From Chrysomallon squamiferum (Eukaryota > Animalia > Mollusca): a stretch of 64,000 nucleotides of DNA. Below the pieces are notes generated by a model, which had not been told where the DNA came from, ran no database searches, and worked only from the letters and a program-made list of their open reading frames with translations. The position numbers and the translations under genes were made by a program. Location of the stretch: the NCBI GenBank assembly GCA_012295275.1, contig CM022679.1:15438001-15502000 (forward strand), in the 5' to 3' direction. This document shows positions 41,201-53,400 of the stretch, piece after piece. Every line of letters starts with the position of its first letter. Position 1 is the stretch's first letter.

Positions 41201-44200
41201 TTACTGTTATTCATGCAGTTTTGGGATAAGCCAAGTGGTGTGAGTTTATGTTAATGTCCTATAGCTCAGTTGTTGTGCATTCAGACTCTTTTACTGATCT
41301 TTGACTGATGAATATGGTGAGAGTCAGGTGGAAGAATGTATATAAAGAATTAAATAAAATCAGTAGTGAATTTGTTTTTGAACATATGTATATATATGTT
41401 TGTGAGTGCATACATGTGTGAGAGAGCAGTGAGTTTGTGAATGGTAAGTAAGAGTATTTATTGTGAATATTATAGTTGAATTATTAAATGTGAATAGTGG
41501 GAATCTGTGCAAGTAGTATGTTCAAGTAAATGTTTAACATCCTTATATATGAATATAATTTTCAGATTCTGTTTTTGGATACAGTACTGTGGAACGCATA
41601 GAATGTAAGTACAGATAATTGTAGGAAGCATACATCTACCAGGATTATAATTTATTAATATAACTATGAAGTATTTTATTACCATTGATAAAACTATTTT
41701 TTAAATAAACATTTTCATTTCATTTAAAAAAATATTATATTTCTGAGTAAGTATTTATTAATTTAGGAAGGGATGTTAATGCTTTGGATGTGTTAATGAA
41801 TTTTTTTAAATAAACTCTCTTAGTTCAAAAGAATCAAAACTGATAAATATTGGTATGAGATCTAATAATAAGTTTTACAGAAATATTAAAATTCTAAAGG
41901 AAAGAATCATTTCCTATTCTTTAATGGTGATGTGTTTTGTAGGCATTTTATTAAAAAAATATGTTTTATTTGATTCTTATTCACTTAATTTTTTTTAAAA
42001 GCTACGATGACACGCCCAGTTCTGCTACTGGCCCCACTGTCAGACTCCATTATCAACAAACTGAAATCAGAATCACCAGACAAATACTGTTGTTGCCCTA
42101 TCTGTAAGATTATTATATTATTATATATGTCTTAATTCTAATTGTTAAAATTTGTGCAGTAACTATAAAAATCGGATCAGGTCAGTGTCTGTCATAACAA
42201 ATTTAGGATTTAGATGCTTCTAGAGTTGCTTGTAGTAAGACAGTGCAACCTGTCTCGTAAGTCATGATATGTCTTTGAAAAACGTATCTAGTTATCCATT
42301 TTAATTAAAATAATAAATATTTTCAGATTTAAAAATGAATAAATAATAACAAAATAAATAAATATATTCTCGGTAGCAGTCTTAATTGTCTGTGTTTCAA
42401 TAGACTAAATTAATTTTTTCCTTGTATAATCTTCTTTGGGAATTATGTTGAATGTTACATTATTTTTGAATTAAATGATTGTATGTTTGTTTTAAGCTGC
42501 CATGAGCTCTTCTGCTCACCAAATGGAACAAAGCATGTCTGAGGGCTGTATCATAGACTACTGGAAGAGAGATGACCATTATGAGTGTATCTATGTCAGT
42601 TCTATTAGAGACATCTGTGATCGAGTAAGTGTTTAAGTTTTACATATTATTACTGAAAATTTATGACTGATCTGAGAAGGCAGACATTAGTATGAAGCAA
42701 AAACAGTTTAATCAAAAGATTTGTTTTCTTTATCTTAGATTAACCTGTAATGTTGTTCTTTCTTTATATTATTTATTTATGTAATATCTAAAAGAAATTA
42801 AGTATATGATAATTGTTCAAATTAATTTAATCCATATATTTATATCTTGAACAAAATAGCCATAAAAAAATAAAAAATTAAAATTAAAATTAAAAAGCCC
42901 CAAAGCTTGCATGTTCAAGAAATAAATATGATTTATTTATTTTTATTTTTTTTATATTTTGTCTTTTTCAGAAAGTACATTGTTTGCTGAGCGTTGGCCC
43001 AGCTGCAATAGAAAGACTACATCGACTTAAAATATATCCTATTGTTATTTTTGTAAGACACAAAAGTCCTAAACAGATAAGGTAAGAGTTTTCTAATTAG
43101 CAAATACACATATGAAATTATAATAATTGAATTATTAAGATTTTTTTTTCTTCAGATAAATAAAATAACATAAAAATCTATCAAGAAATTAATTTCTAAT
43201 ACTTTTTACATGGTACAGTATTCCCTCGCTATTCGCGGGGGTTACGTTCTTTACCCCCCCCCCCATGAAATTGGATGCAGTTTTAAAACGTCTATTATGA
43301 GATTATATACGGTACTAAATGCTTCCCAAACACTTTCTAAAGACACTCTTACTCATTAATACAGTAATAATGTAGTAATATTGCATGCAGTTATGTATTT
43401 CACTAATGTAGTAATGATAATGTAAACACATTTTAATTTTGTACTGAAACAATATTTTAATCAGAAAGAAACGTAAGTACATGAGGACAGTAACACCGCA
43501 TAGCATAGTTACCCATACAGTATTACTGCACCGTAAAGTCATTTTCTATGTACAACATATGTATTAGAATTGACAGAAAGTGGAACAAATTTAAAGGCAA
43601 AACAGACAGATAAATACAGTACGCACAGTTCAGGTAATAATAATACAATTCAGTAATAATATGCAATTAAAAACATTATTAATACACGGTCACAAAAAAT
43701 ATGCACTGTATGTACAGTGTATGCATTTATAAAAAAAAATACGTACTGTATTGCAATAATAATTGAAAAAATTTGATATTGTTTGTGTGGTTTACCGAGC
43801 ATTTGTTTTTGTTACGTTATGACGCTAGCCTGGTATACCAGCATACGATGCGATAGGGTTAAGAGCCTAACCCGCGAATATGCGGGGCAGCGAATGGGGA
43901 ACCGCGAATAGGTGAGGGTATACTGTATTTCTATTTTCCTTTTGTAGTGTTTCTTCAGTTAAATAGAAAATGTTCTGTACAAAAATTAAATAATATTAAA
44001 ATTTGTTCTTACTGAAATGTAATAATTTCTACTTTAAAACAGGGATGTTCGTGATGTTCGGTTTCTTCCTGAGAAGCTGACAAACAAATCTGCTAAGGAA
44101 TCTTTCGAACAGCACAGCAAGATTGAATCAGACTACGGTCACCTGTTTTCAGGTAAACAAATAAACTTTAATACTGAGTAGGTTACACATTTAATAATGT

Positions 44201-44668
44201 ACCAGTGGTCTGCTGTCTTTTATTTGAAATCTTTGGGACAATTTACAGCATTACGTTTTAAGAAATATCAGTTAATTTTCTAAATCAGCTAAATACATAT
44301 ACATGATTATGTGAATGATGCACTGTCCATTTTCAAACATTCTCAGACACCTTATAATGGTTAGTCCTCACGAATAATTTTTTTTTAAATAAATTATTTG
44401 ACTCAAGCACACACATACGCAGACAGTCATGCATTGATACATACGTGCACAAATGTACATTTACATTTATAATTTTTATAAACCATCATATATTATGACA
44501 ACTGTTTTGTTTTTTTCCAGTTGAAACTAGTTTCCCTTATTATTTTTTTAAATTTTATTTTCAGTGGTTATTCAAGGTGACAACCTTGCTAAAATGTGCA
44601 TGCTTATCAAATCAGTCATCGCAGCTGAGCAGAAGAAGCCCATATGGATACCAGTTTCACGGTCATGA
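22617..44668 (+). CDS. DLG5: Disks large homolog 5 (CARD, coiled coil, 4 PDZ, SH3, GUK); 26 coding exons with one apparent frameshift in exon 4
   Basis: Exons 22617-22899 (CARD), 28888-28953, 29614-30954, 31242-31456, 31752-31887, 32231-32358, 32589-32688, 33151-33223, 33656-33762, 34035-35434, 35662-35872, 36341-36491, 36771-36873, 37333-37495, 38101-38203, 38564-38861, 39291(or 39282)-39459, 39771-39873, 40337-40553 (SH3), 40938-41152, 41566-41604, 42002-42103, 42497-42624, 42972-43081, 44043-44152, 44565-44668(TGA). DLG5 signature motifs: RRDWAFGERDKIVQERESIRSLCDNLRRDRDRAVSDLA, DSAIDAD, GTWPK, RRSFFRRK, IYPIVIFV, EQKKPIWIP. The total of 6175 nt is 2 nt short of a whole number of codons. 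Confidence 0.93.
24600..25382 (+). mobile_element. Internally deleted Tigger/pogo (Tc1-mariner superfamily) DNA transposon in DLG5 intron 1
   Basis: Left end CAGTGGTACCTCGACTTACGAG and right end CTCATACGTCAGGGTACCACTG are imperfect TIRs. TA follows the right end (CA precedes the left). Subterminal TTACRAG repeats. Decayed transposase N-terminus from 24874: MDCKKVNAKDSAEKTKRMMSIELKLEFIEKHE*VVHVANLARQYKHSTSTICTILKLKE*IKAITPAKGVKII (CENP-B/psq-type HTH, two stops, no DDE domain). Confidence 0.9.
41256..41297 (+). pseudogene. Possible decayed tRNA-Lys-like or tRNA-SINE head fragment
   Basis: GTCCTATAGCTCAGTTGTTGTGCATTCAGACTCTTTTACTGA resembles the 5' half of tRNA-Lys(UUU) (GATAGCTCAGTCGGTAGAGCATCAGACTTTTAATCTGA); no B-box or T-arm follows. 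Confidence 0.25.
43216..43925. mobile_element. Non-autonomous Tigger/pogo-type MITE in DLG5 intron 24
   Basis: TA|CAGTATTCCCTCGCTATTCGCGG at left and CCGCGAATAGGTGAGGGTATACTG|TA at right: about 24-bp TIRs with a TA target duplication. Repeated CCGCGAATA subterminal motifs resemble MER2/MER44-type ends. No coding capacity. Confidence 0.85.
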
Positions 44669-45308
44669 TATCTACATGTGACAAGTTCATGGAGTGGATG
44701 CTGACATTTCGAACGAATGACAGTTATAATATTATGTGCTCACAACTTTCTTTCGGATCAAGGAGACCTAAATATCCTTTATCATTTTATTTGCACCTTA
44801 AGTAGTGCTTTGGTGATACAGTCTTACATTTCACTTGCTCTGACTGTTGTATTGCTTAGAAACAGCCAGTCATTTTGTGGTGATTGAAAAGTGTACATTG
44901 TTTTTCATTGTTACGGAGCATGGACTGACAATCTTGAGGTTGCCATTTTAGTCTAAATGTTGAAACAGTTGCATGTGGTGTCTGGAGTTGTGTGATCATT
45001 GATTATTATTTTATTTTATTTTATTATTTCATAGAACACTGTGGTAAATCTTTGTTATGGCTTTGGAAATATGTTAGAAAGGAAAAAAAAACAAAAAAAA
45101 ACAGCAAACAAAGAGAACTGTGAATTCTTTGATCCCACATAACGAATCTGTTAAATGATTTTAAATTTTGAACTAAATCTAACAACCTGTCTTCATTGCT
45201 TGGTTTTCTGTAATATACAGTGTGTATCTTCTTACCTAGAATATATGTATTTGTTAGCAGGTGCACCCAGACACAGTTACAGATGTTCTCACATAAAAAC
45301 ATATTGAC

Positions 45309-45367
45309 ACATACACACATATACACACATGCACACATGCACAGGCACACACACACACACACATACA
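45309..45367. repeat. Imperfect (CA)n microsatellite downstream of the DLG5 stop
   Basis: Directly visible. Confidence 0.85.
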
Positions 45368-45948
45368 TTTTATGAATAGTTTTAACAGAATATTCATTGG
45401 TCAGAAAAAGTATTTTTAAAAATTAATATGTGAAATTTAGTTTCAGGTTTTACAAATATAGATTACATTTTGTTTCTTCATTACCTAATGTTCATTATCA
45501 GATTATTTTAAAAAAACAGCTTTAAAAGCTAGTCTGTTATGCAGAACATGAAATTTCACATTATCCTTTTCTGTTATTGATTCAGTCATTATTATAAACT
45601 AATTTTTGTTTTTTCTCTGTGTTAGAATAGATATTGACCATATTTTTAAAAACATTTAAAAATGTTTCAGCTTCCCTTCCATTCTTAACCTAATTACTTT
45701 TTTTAATAGATTAACATTATTTTCTTTTATTGTGGGGAGGGGGATCACTAATAAATGTTTGAATATATGTGTAAATTGAAATAAGTGGGCACTTAGCATA
45801 CACCACTGGCTGAGTTACTTATTTTGTTTATTTCCTCCTCATCAAAATTACTAGCACTAAAATAGTAACAGACTTTTTGAAATCCTGGCTCCATATATAT
45901 TATTAAAATATAAATGTTTATAACCACAGTTGTATGAATTTTATATCA

Positions 45949-45983
<35 letters not shown>

Positions 45984-47754
45984 TCTGTTTTTCATTCTGT
46001 CTTAAATAACTATTTTAAATGGCAATTAAAAAAAAAAAAAAAAATACCAACCCCTCCCCCCAAAAAACCCAACAACATCCCAACAAAAACAAACAACAGC
46101 AAAAAACGTGTTCTAAAAGCACTGGGTAGAATAGAACATTTTAAAAGTAAATGTAATATTTTTTTATATTTCCTAAATAATTTGGGTTTTACTTATCTGC
46201 AAAAATAAGAAGAGTGTTTCATCTCCTGTCTGTTTTTTATTTGTTGTTTCCTCATCTCACTTTCATTTCTCTATTTGTTTAGAAAAAATGATTAATAAAA
46301 TAAACTATAAAAGGAATAAAGCATGAAGGGCAACACAGATGATGTGTACATTGTTTATTATTGGAAACTTTATGTATGCATGTGCACTTTTCATGTTCTG
46401 CCAATTTGTTCTGTGATTTTATATTGTAATTATTTTTAGGGATTGGCACATGTAATATACTTGTGCCTTGTTTTTTGGTGTGTTTTTTTTTACCCATCAC
46501 CTTTCTGGTAATAATTGTTAGTGTTTTTAAAGCACACTTTGTTGTCAGTGTTGTTACACTTTTGTCAGAAAGTGCCTCTGCATTCATGTCTTTGCCCTAC
46601 ACAGTTGCCTCTCTTTGTACATTCACAGTTGTCTGTCCATAGTCTATGACACTATTGCTTGTTTTCATTTGACATCACATTCATTTTCAAATGCATTTAG
46701 CATAAGTCTGCCATTTTTAAACCTAGAATAACATATGTTAAGCATAAATAAGTTCCCTAGACAAAATGAAAGTTTAATTTTAAGTTTGGTAATCAGTAAT
46801 TAACATACTTATAAAGGCAGTTTTAATAACATTAGTGGAATGAATTTCATAATCTTGGAAAAGATTTTCATTGTTCTCAGCAAACTAGATAAACAAAATA
46901 GCTGAAGAACTTGTACAAAGTAGTGATGTCGGTGAAAACAAGCAGTTGTTTATTTATGTGCCTTTGCCACCGTTAAATCTTTCATAAAAGTAGTTTTTAT
47001 CAAGTTAATGTTATTTGTTAATATTTTGAAAGCACTCTTTTTATGTTGTCTATTATTTCTTTAAAGTTAAAGAATTTTGATTCTTTATTTGTTTTCACAG
47101 AATTAGTTTTTATTTTATTACATTAATTTTTTTTTTTTTTGGTATCAATATTATTTTTTCAAAATGAATGAGTCATTAAGAGAAGCAGGATGTAATCATG
47201 CCAGTTGTTTCAATGGTAGTATACCTGAGAATATATTAATCAGAAATGTGTTTCCCCAAAGCAGCTTTTAATATTTTGATGTAGATTACAGAAAGAAAAA
47301 GTAAATTATAATTTTTTTTTCTTCTTTATTGTTTGTACCTGTAAATTTGGCAGTGAAACATGACATGAAATCAAGAGGTGTATGTATTTTATGGAAAACT
47401 TCTTTTTTGATTTTTTTTTTTTTTGGTATCCTGACATGTGTCTTACCACTTGCCAAATTATACATTCCACAAATCCTTTTTTTCTTCTTTCTTTCTTTCT
47501 TTCTGGTTGTGACTTCATTCTTTTTCTATATTCAGGTTTGTTTTTTGTTTTATTAATTATTATTATTATTAAATAAAAAATCAGGGAAGTGACCAATGAC
47601 AAAAATGTTTTAATAGTTGAGCAGGTACACTGCTCACTTCCATTTGCATTCTTAATCCCATCACTGGTGAATTTATTGTAATAAGTCGTCTTTTTATACA
47701 GTATTTCTAATTTTAGTTTTCTGCATTTCTTGTCTTCATTTTATTCTATTTATA

Positions 47755-47794
<40 letters not shown>

Positions 47795-49087
47795 TTTTTC
47801 AATGGAATAATGGGAATCAATTTTATTGTGATTTAATATCATTTTAAAAAAAAAAAAAAATTTCAGTTTAACAAATACTTTGTTAAAAGTTATAAAGCTT
47901 GATTTTATTTTATTTTCATTAATTTGCCATAAATTAAAAAAAAAAAAAATATATATATATATATATCTAGACTATAGGCAACAAGTTTGCTTTAATTGCT
48001 TATTTAACAGTTAACAGATTTTGAGTAATTCAATTCAAAACAAAGTGAAAAAATAAAATATAAGTAAATGTAACACAGAATAAAAAGTAACTTCTATCAC
48101 AAAGGCATTTTCCACCAGTTTTATTCTGTAATTTCCAAACCAGTTTTTAATAAAATAATAATAAATAAATACAAAATAAACTTCAACATACAAAATTGTA
48201 GGATATGTAAAACTAACACAAAATATTCATTTTGCATTAAATATTTAATTACTACTACTATCACCAAATAAAAACTTTCTGATTAAGTAAATTAAATTTG
48301 AACTAGAAATAATTATTTGCAAACACAAAATATAATCATTAATGAAAAATGACAACTGATTTCAGTCACATATTCATTGTCTTTAAAATTATAGATACCA
48401 AATTTTTTTTTTTTTTTTTTATTGACCATTTAATTAATTTAATATATGTAAATAGCAAATGGTGTAATGTTACAGTTTTATTATTATTATATTGCTGATG
48501 GACAAAACTATGGACTAGTTTTATCAAACATTTTTTTTTTTTTTTTTCCCTTTTCTTTTTTTCTTGCTACATGGTGATTATTATTATTATTATTATTATT
48601 ATCAAAGAGATATTGCTTCTTACAAATTGCAGATACTTTTAAATATATCTGCAAAAATTTTCTATCAAATTCTTTTGGTGAAAAGAAAGCCAGTATGTCT
48701 CAGATGTGTATAATTGTTAGTGAAAAACAAAACAACTGGCAGCCATTTTGTGTGGTTCAGCTTTTGCATTTGTTTCTGCTTGTAATTGTTGAATACTTAC
48801 ACTCTAATTATGTGTCACCACACTGATGAATTGCAAATAAATTGCTTTCAAAACTCTGTCATTATTATTATTATTGTTATTGTTATATCATTTTATTATT
48901 ATTATCATTACAAAATTGTTTTGAGTATATTTTATCAGGCGTGTTGTAACAATTTAGACAGGCTGCAGTAATATTTTTATTATACCAGCTGTTGAAAACC
49001 AAAACCAGTGTGAAAAAGGAGTAAGGAAATCTTTGTTTTTGTTTAGCTGTTCACCTGAAAAACAAGTTTATAATAATGTCAACATAA

Positions 49088-49088
<1 letters not shown>

Positions 49089-49128
<40 letters not shown>
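49089..49128. repeat. (TA)n microsatellite
   Basis: Directly visible. Confidence 0.95.
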
Positions 49129-49132
<4 letters not shown>

Positions 49133-49445
49133 TACGGAACTTGGGCTATAAATTGTCTGTCTATTAGAAGAGTGACAGATAAAAATTTTTTTAAAAAAAA
49201 ACAACAAAAAACAGAAAAATGAAACAAAATTCATTTAAAATAATGCTCGTATTATTTGAATTATTTAACTTTACATTTTAAAATTGAAATAAATAAATAA
49301 ATAAATAATAATAAGAAGAATTATAGAATAGATGAATAAACAATGGTTTTATTTATCTGTTCAGCTGTTGTTTTAAACTAAAGTTATTAATAAATATTAT
49401 GAATATCATCTTGATCATTATGAACAGTCGCACACAAGTCATTTA

Positions 49446-49517
49446 TTCAGTAGGTTTGAATACTTCAGTGTAAAATGGGTGTTCAATAGATTTGAATACT
49501 TCGGTGTAAAATGGGTG
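49446..49517 (+). repeat. Two-copy 36-bp tandem duplication upstream of cyclophilin
   Basis: TTCAGTAGGTTTGAATACTTCAGTGTAAAATGGGTG followed by TTCAATAGATTTGAATACTTCGGTGTAAAATGGGTG. Confidence 0.85.
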
Positions 49518-49789
49518 AGGCTATCGCTTAATTTAAATAAAGCGATCACATGGTTAAACTTAATGACATTGTTATTGTACAATATATTGAATCCTGTCTT
49601 ATCAAAAACAGCCTGAGATAAAAACAAATATTGAACAAAAAAAGAAGAAGAAAAAGTTAATTATTTAAAAAAAAAAAAAAAAAAATTAAAGAAAAAAGTT
49701 ACATATATGGATTTTGGCCAGGGCATCTAAACTTAATTTCTCAAGTACATCTGTCAACAATTCACGTTTAAATAGTTAATTTTCTATGT

Positions 49790-50015
49790 ATCGGAGTTGA
49801 ATGGAATATTCCGAACGCAGTTCAAGGACAAGTCAAGGTGATATTAACACTGTACGGAAACCAACGAATGTCTTCGAATATAGTCCTTTGACCTTCGCGA
49901 ACAATCCAACAACCCGCCAAGCATTTTGCCCCAGTAAATTTGACTCATTCTACAGGACAAGGTCGCTGCTAAAATATTCTTTATTGACAGCAGTTTGTAA
50001 TTTACCATAAAAAAA
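49790..50015 (+). promoter_or_regulatory. Cyclophilin promoter
   Basis: CpG-rich stretch directly upstream of the ATG with AP-1 TGACTCA (49941-49947), CCCGCCAA (49913) and four AAGGTCA-like nuclear-receptor half-sites. Confidence 0.5.
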
Positions 50016-50448
50016 ATGCCTTCTAAAGTCTTTTTTGACATATCAATCAATGGAACCAAGACCGGAAGAATTGTTTTTGAGGTAAGTGCCACAACGTTAA
50101 AGCAGTGGACTCTCAAAATTTTATATGCTGATCCGGTATCGTATACGGTATAGGTGTAACAAACACGTTACGCAACTCCCAGTTGGTAGTATGTATTATA
50201 GTACACAACGCACCTAGCGGGAAACCATCGCTTAGGATTAATTCCAAAGAAATTTTAAAAATTTATTATAAAATAAGAAAGCTTACTGTTAAAATTATTC
50301 AAAATATTAATAAGTATAACATATTATAATAATATTTATATGCCGGAAATAAAAATAAAATAACTAAGGTAGTACAAATTTTGAAATAATTACATCGAAG
50401 TAGAAAAGCGGGAAGAAAACACTTACCAAATACTTCATAATTATATCG

Positions 50449-50487
<39 letters not shown>

Positions 50488-53400
50488 TCACTTTATTCCA
50501 GTTTATTATTATTACAAAATATAAAACATATTTTCAAAACAATAATAATAAATGATAGTTTTATATTTTAGCTTTCACATTTACATATATAATATATCCA
50601 TATACTAGAGAGAAAGTGAGAGAAAAAAAAAAAAAGAAAAAAAGAAAAATGACTACAAATCTCTACATTAACATTGACAACAGCAACCAGTAACAACAAA
50701 CAACAACAGCAACAAACATTAAATAATTTGATACAAAAAAACAAAAAACAACCTTACTCAGACCAAATTAACCTGCAGTTAATGATATAATTACAGATTT
50801 TATTTAAAATGTGGGAAAAACTGTTAATTAAATACCATCTGTAAATATACCAATGTATAATTGAGACTACTTCCATTAAAGAACAGTTAATAAAAGTAAC
50901 CATATCAACTAATTAAAGGGTTTATTTTTATTTGGCAACATATTATATTTACTTGATGTTGTTAATTTGGTATTTTAATTGTTTTTGTATTGGTAGCATA
51001 TTTTGTGTATTTTAATATATCACATGATGCCAGATGGGAATTTATGCACCCATTTATGTATGACCTGTTATTTGACCCATGACCAAGGTACGTGTAATTT
51101 TGCAGAAAATATTTTTTGTATGTATAATATTATATTATACAACACAAGTAGTTAGTAAATATTTACCTATCAAGATGAAATTTAATATAAAAGGTGGTTT
51201 AAAAAAAAAAAAAAAAAAAAAATGCATTCAGTGAAAAACAAAAAGGATATTTATTGAAAGTGTTGAAAGTAATAAGAAAGATCTTAAATTTTTATTATCA
51301 TTTGTTAAATGAGTTTAATATTGTTAGGGTATCTGTGAGATTTGGGAGCTGATAAAGGCATTAATTCTAAATGTCTGTGGAATGTAAAAAGAAACAACAA
51401 AAAAGAAAGGAAAACCTGTCCATCCAACCACAAATAACCCCATAAACCACCCCGAAACTCAACAAACACCCCCTTCCTATAACAAACTAAACATTTTTTC
51501 CCATATACAGTACACACTCACAGATGACCATATCCCAAAATATTTCAATTAAAAAAAAAAAAAAATAATAATATATATATAACTCTTTCTCCTTCCTGTT
51601 TTCCTTCCTTCTTTATTTCTTATTTCCTTTTCTTCCCCTAACACATCATGTTTCTTAAGAAGATAATAACTCGAAGCATTCTAATGTGAAATATTATTTT
51701 CCATTTTAATGACTGAAGTATAATTAGTTTCAGTTGTATACCTTTATTCACGTGGTTTATATTTTGATTAAGGTAATGATGCATTACTCAGCTGTACATA
51801 GTATCTATATTTGCACTGTGTGCTTGGATATCTGATATCCTGTTGCAGGAAAAGACTTTTGAGTGCGACATTGAAATCTGAGAGTGACTTTGATGCTGAA
51901 GGTCTTGTATAAATATTTTGAAATTTCTTTTGTATTATTTAGTAGACATGGAATTAACAAATCTATATACTGTTTATTTTATTTCAGCTTTTCGACGATT
52001 GTGTGCCAAAAACTGCAGGTATGTCTTTTCTGTATATATTCACATTCCTGTTTTGTTTTTTGTTTTACTACATAGTTTGTAAACTGAAGAGCATTTTTCA
52101 TTTTGGATTTATAAACATTTTTTTACATGAAAGATAAAATTATTACCCAGTATTATTATTATTAATTTTTGTTTTTATTTAATGTATCAAAATGATTTTT
52201 GTATAGTTAATTATAATGTTTCCAGTAATGTTTTTTACAGCATCTGCACTATGTATACATGTTCATCTTGAAAAACAAAACAACGCAAAAACACAAAAAA
52301 AGAACAAACAATTAAAGCTGGTTAGAGTCAGTTTCTTTTTGTATTTGATTGTCAGTATTGCATATAAATGTTGTTTTTTTTGCAAAATATTTGCATAAAA
52401 TAGTCTTTATTTCCTATTGATGATATATATCATTTTACTTTCACATTTTTCATATCAGTAACAAAAAACAGTCGCCCATTTTTAACTTGGTTATTTTTCT
52501 CATCCATTCATTAACTTCTATAACAAGCTGACTGGGTTACCTTACAAAAATACATAAATTGGTTAATGTATGCAAACTGATGACATAATTTTTTACTCTT
52601 ATGAATATTTATTTTAAATTAATACAGATATGTTAGTTTTTGTCAAAAATATACACATATTTTTTAGTTACATAAATACAAATAAAAATTTTTTTTCCAA
52701 TAAATATTCTAATTATCAGTCATTAGATTTTTTCAGAAGTTTAAAAAAAAAGAGTTAAAAAAAGCAAAACAAACAACACAACAAAACAAAACAAAAACAA
52801 AACAAAAAGAACAAAAGAAATTCTGTCTTTGATCCAGAAATTAAAATATTTGTTTCTACCTATGTTTTTCAAATCCAGTAATTAATTTGAAACTCTCTAT
52901 CATCCCATTCAAAAATCTTTAATCTGTAGTTGATTTTTTTTTTTTTTTTTTATAAATAAATAAATAAAAAATATATTAAAACAATCTCTTTTTTTTTTTT
53001 TTAAACAGAACATTAGATGATTTCTATAATTTAGCATATTGACATTTGCTTTGTAGAAAACTTTCGTGCTCTCTGTACAGGAGAGAAAGATGGTCTCACA
53101 TACAAAGGGTCAATATTTCACCGTATAATTCCCGGCTTCATGTGCCAGGGAGGAGATTTTACCAACAACAATGGCACGGGTGGCATGAGTATATATGGTG
53201 AAAAATTTGCTGATGAAAACTTTATCAAAATTCACAATGATGCTGGTAAGTGTGTTAACCTCTGTTGTGCCTGTTGAGGACTGTAATGAAGTATGTTAGT
53301 GTGTATAATTTTCTTTTATTTTGAAGTTCCTGTGGATCCATTTTATTGGATCTGTAAGCTAACATGATCTTTGATTATTCTTTCCACCTGATCATTGTGA

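Noticed and set aside
44521-44564. Upstream alternative acceptor for the last DLG5 exon
   Set aside because: Adds 44 nt, shifts frame and destroys the conserved EQKKPIWIP GUK end.
49801-50010. 69-aa ORF upstream of cyclophilin as a mitochondrial presequence (cyclophilin D)
   Set aside because: It is in a different frame from the ATG at 50016, stops at 50010, and the coding frame has a TAA at 49998; it probably lies in the promoter.
51799-51840. U2 snRNA-like words (TAGTATCT, ATATCTGATA)
   Set aside because: Spacing and flanks do not match U2; too short to call a pseudogene.
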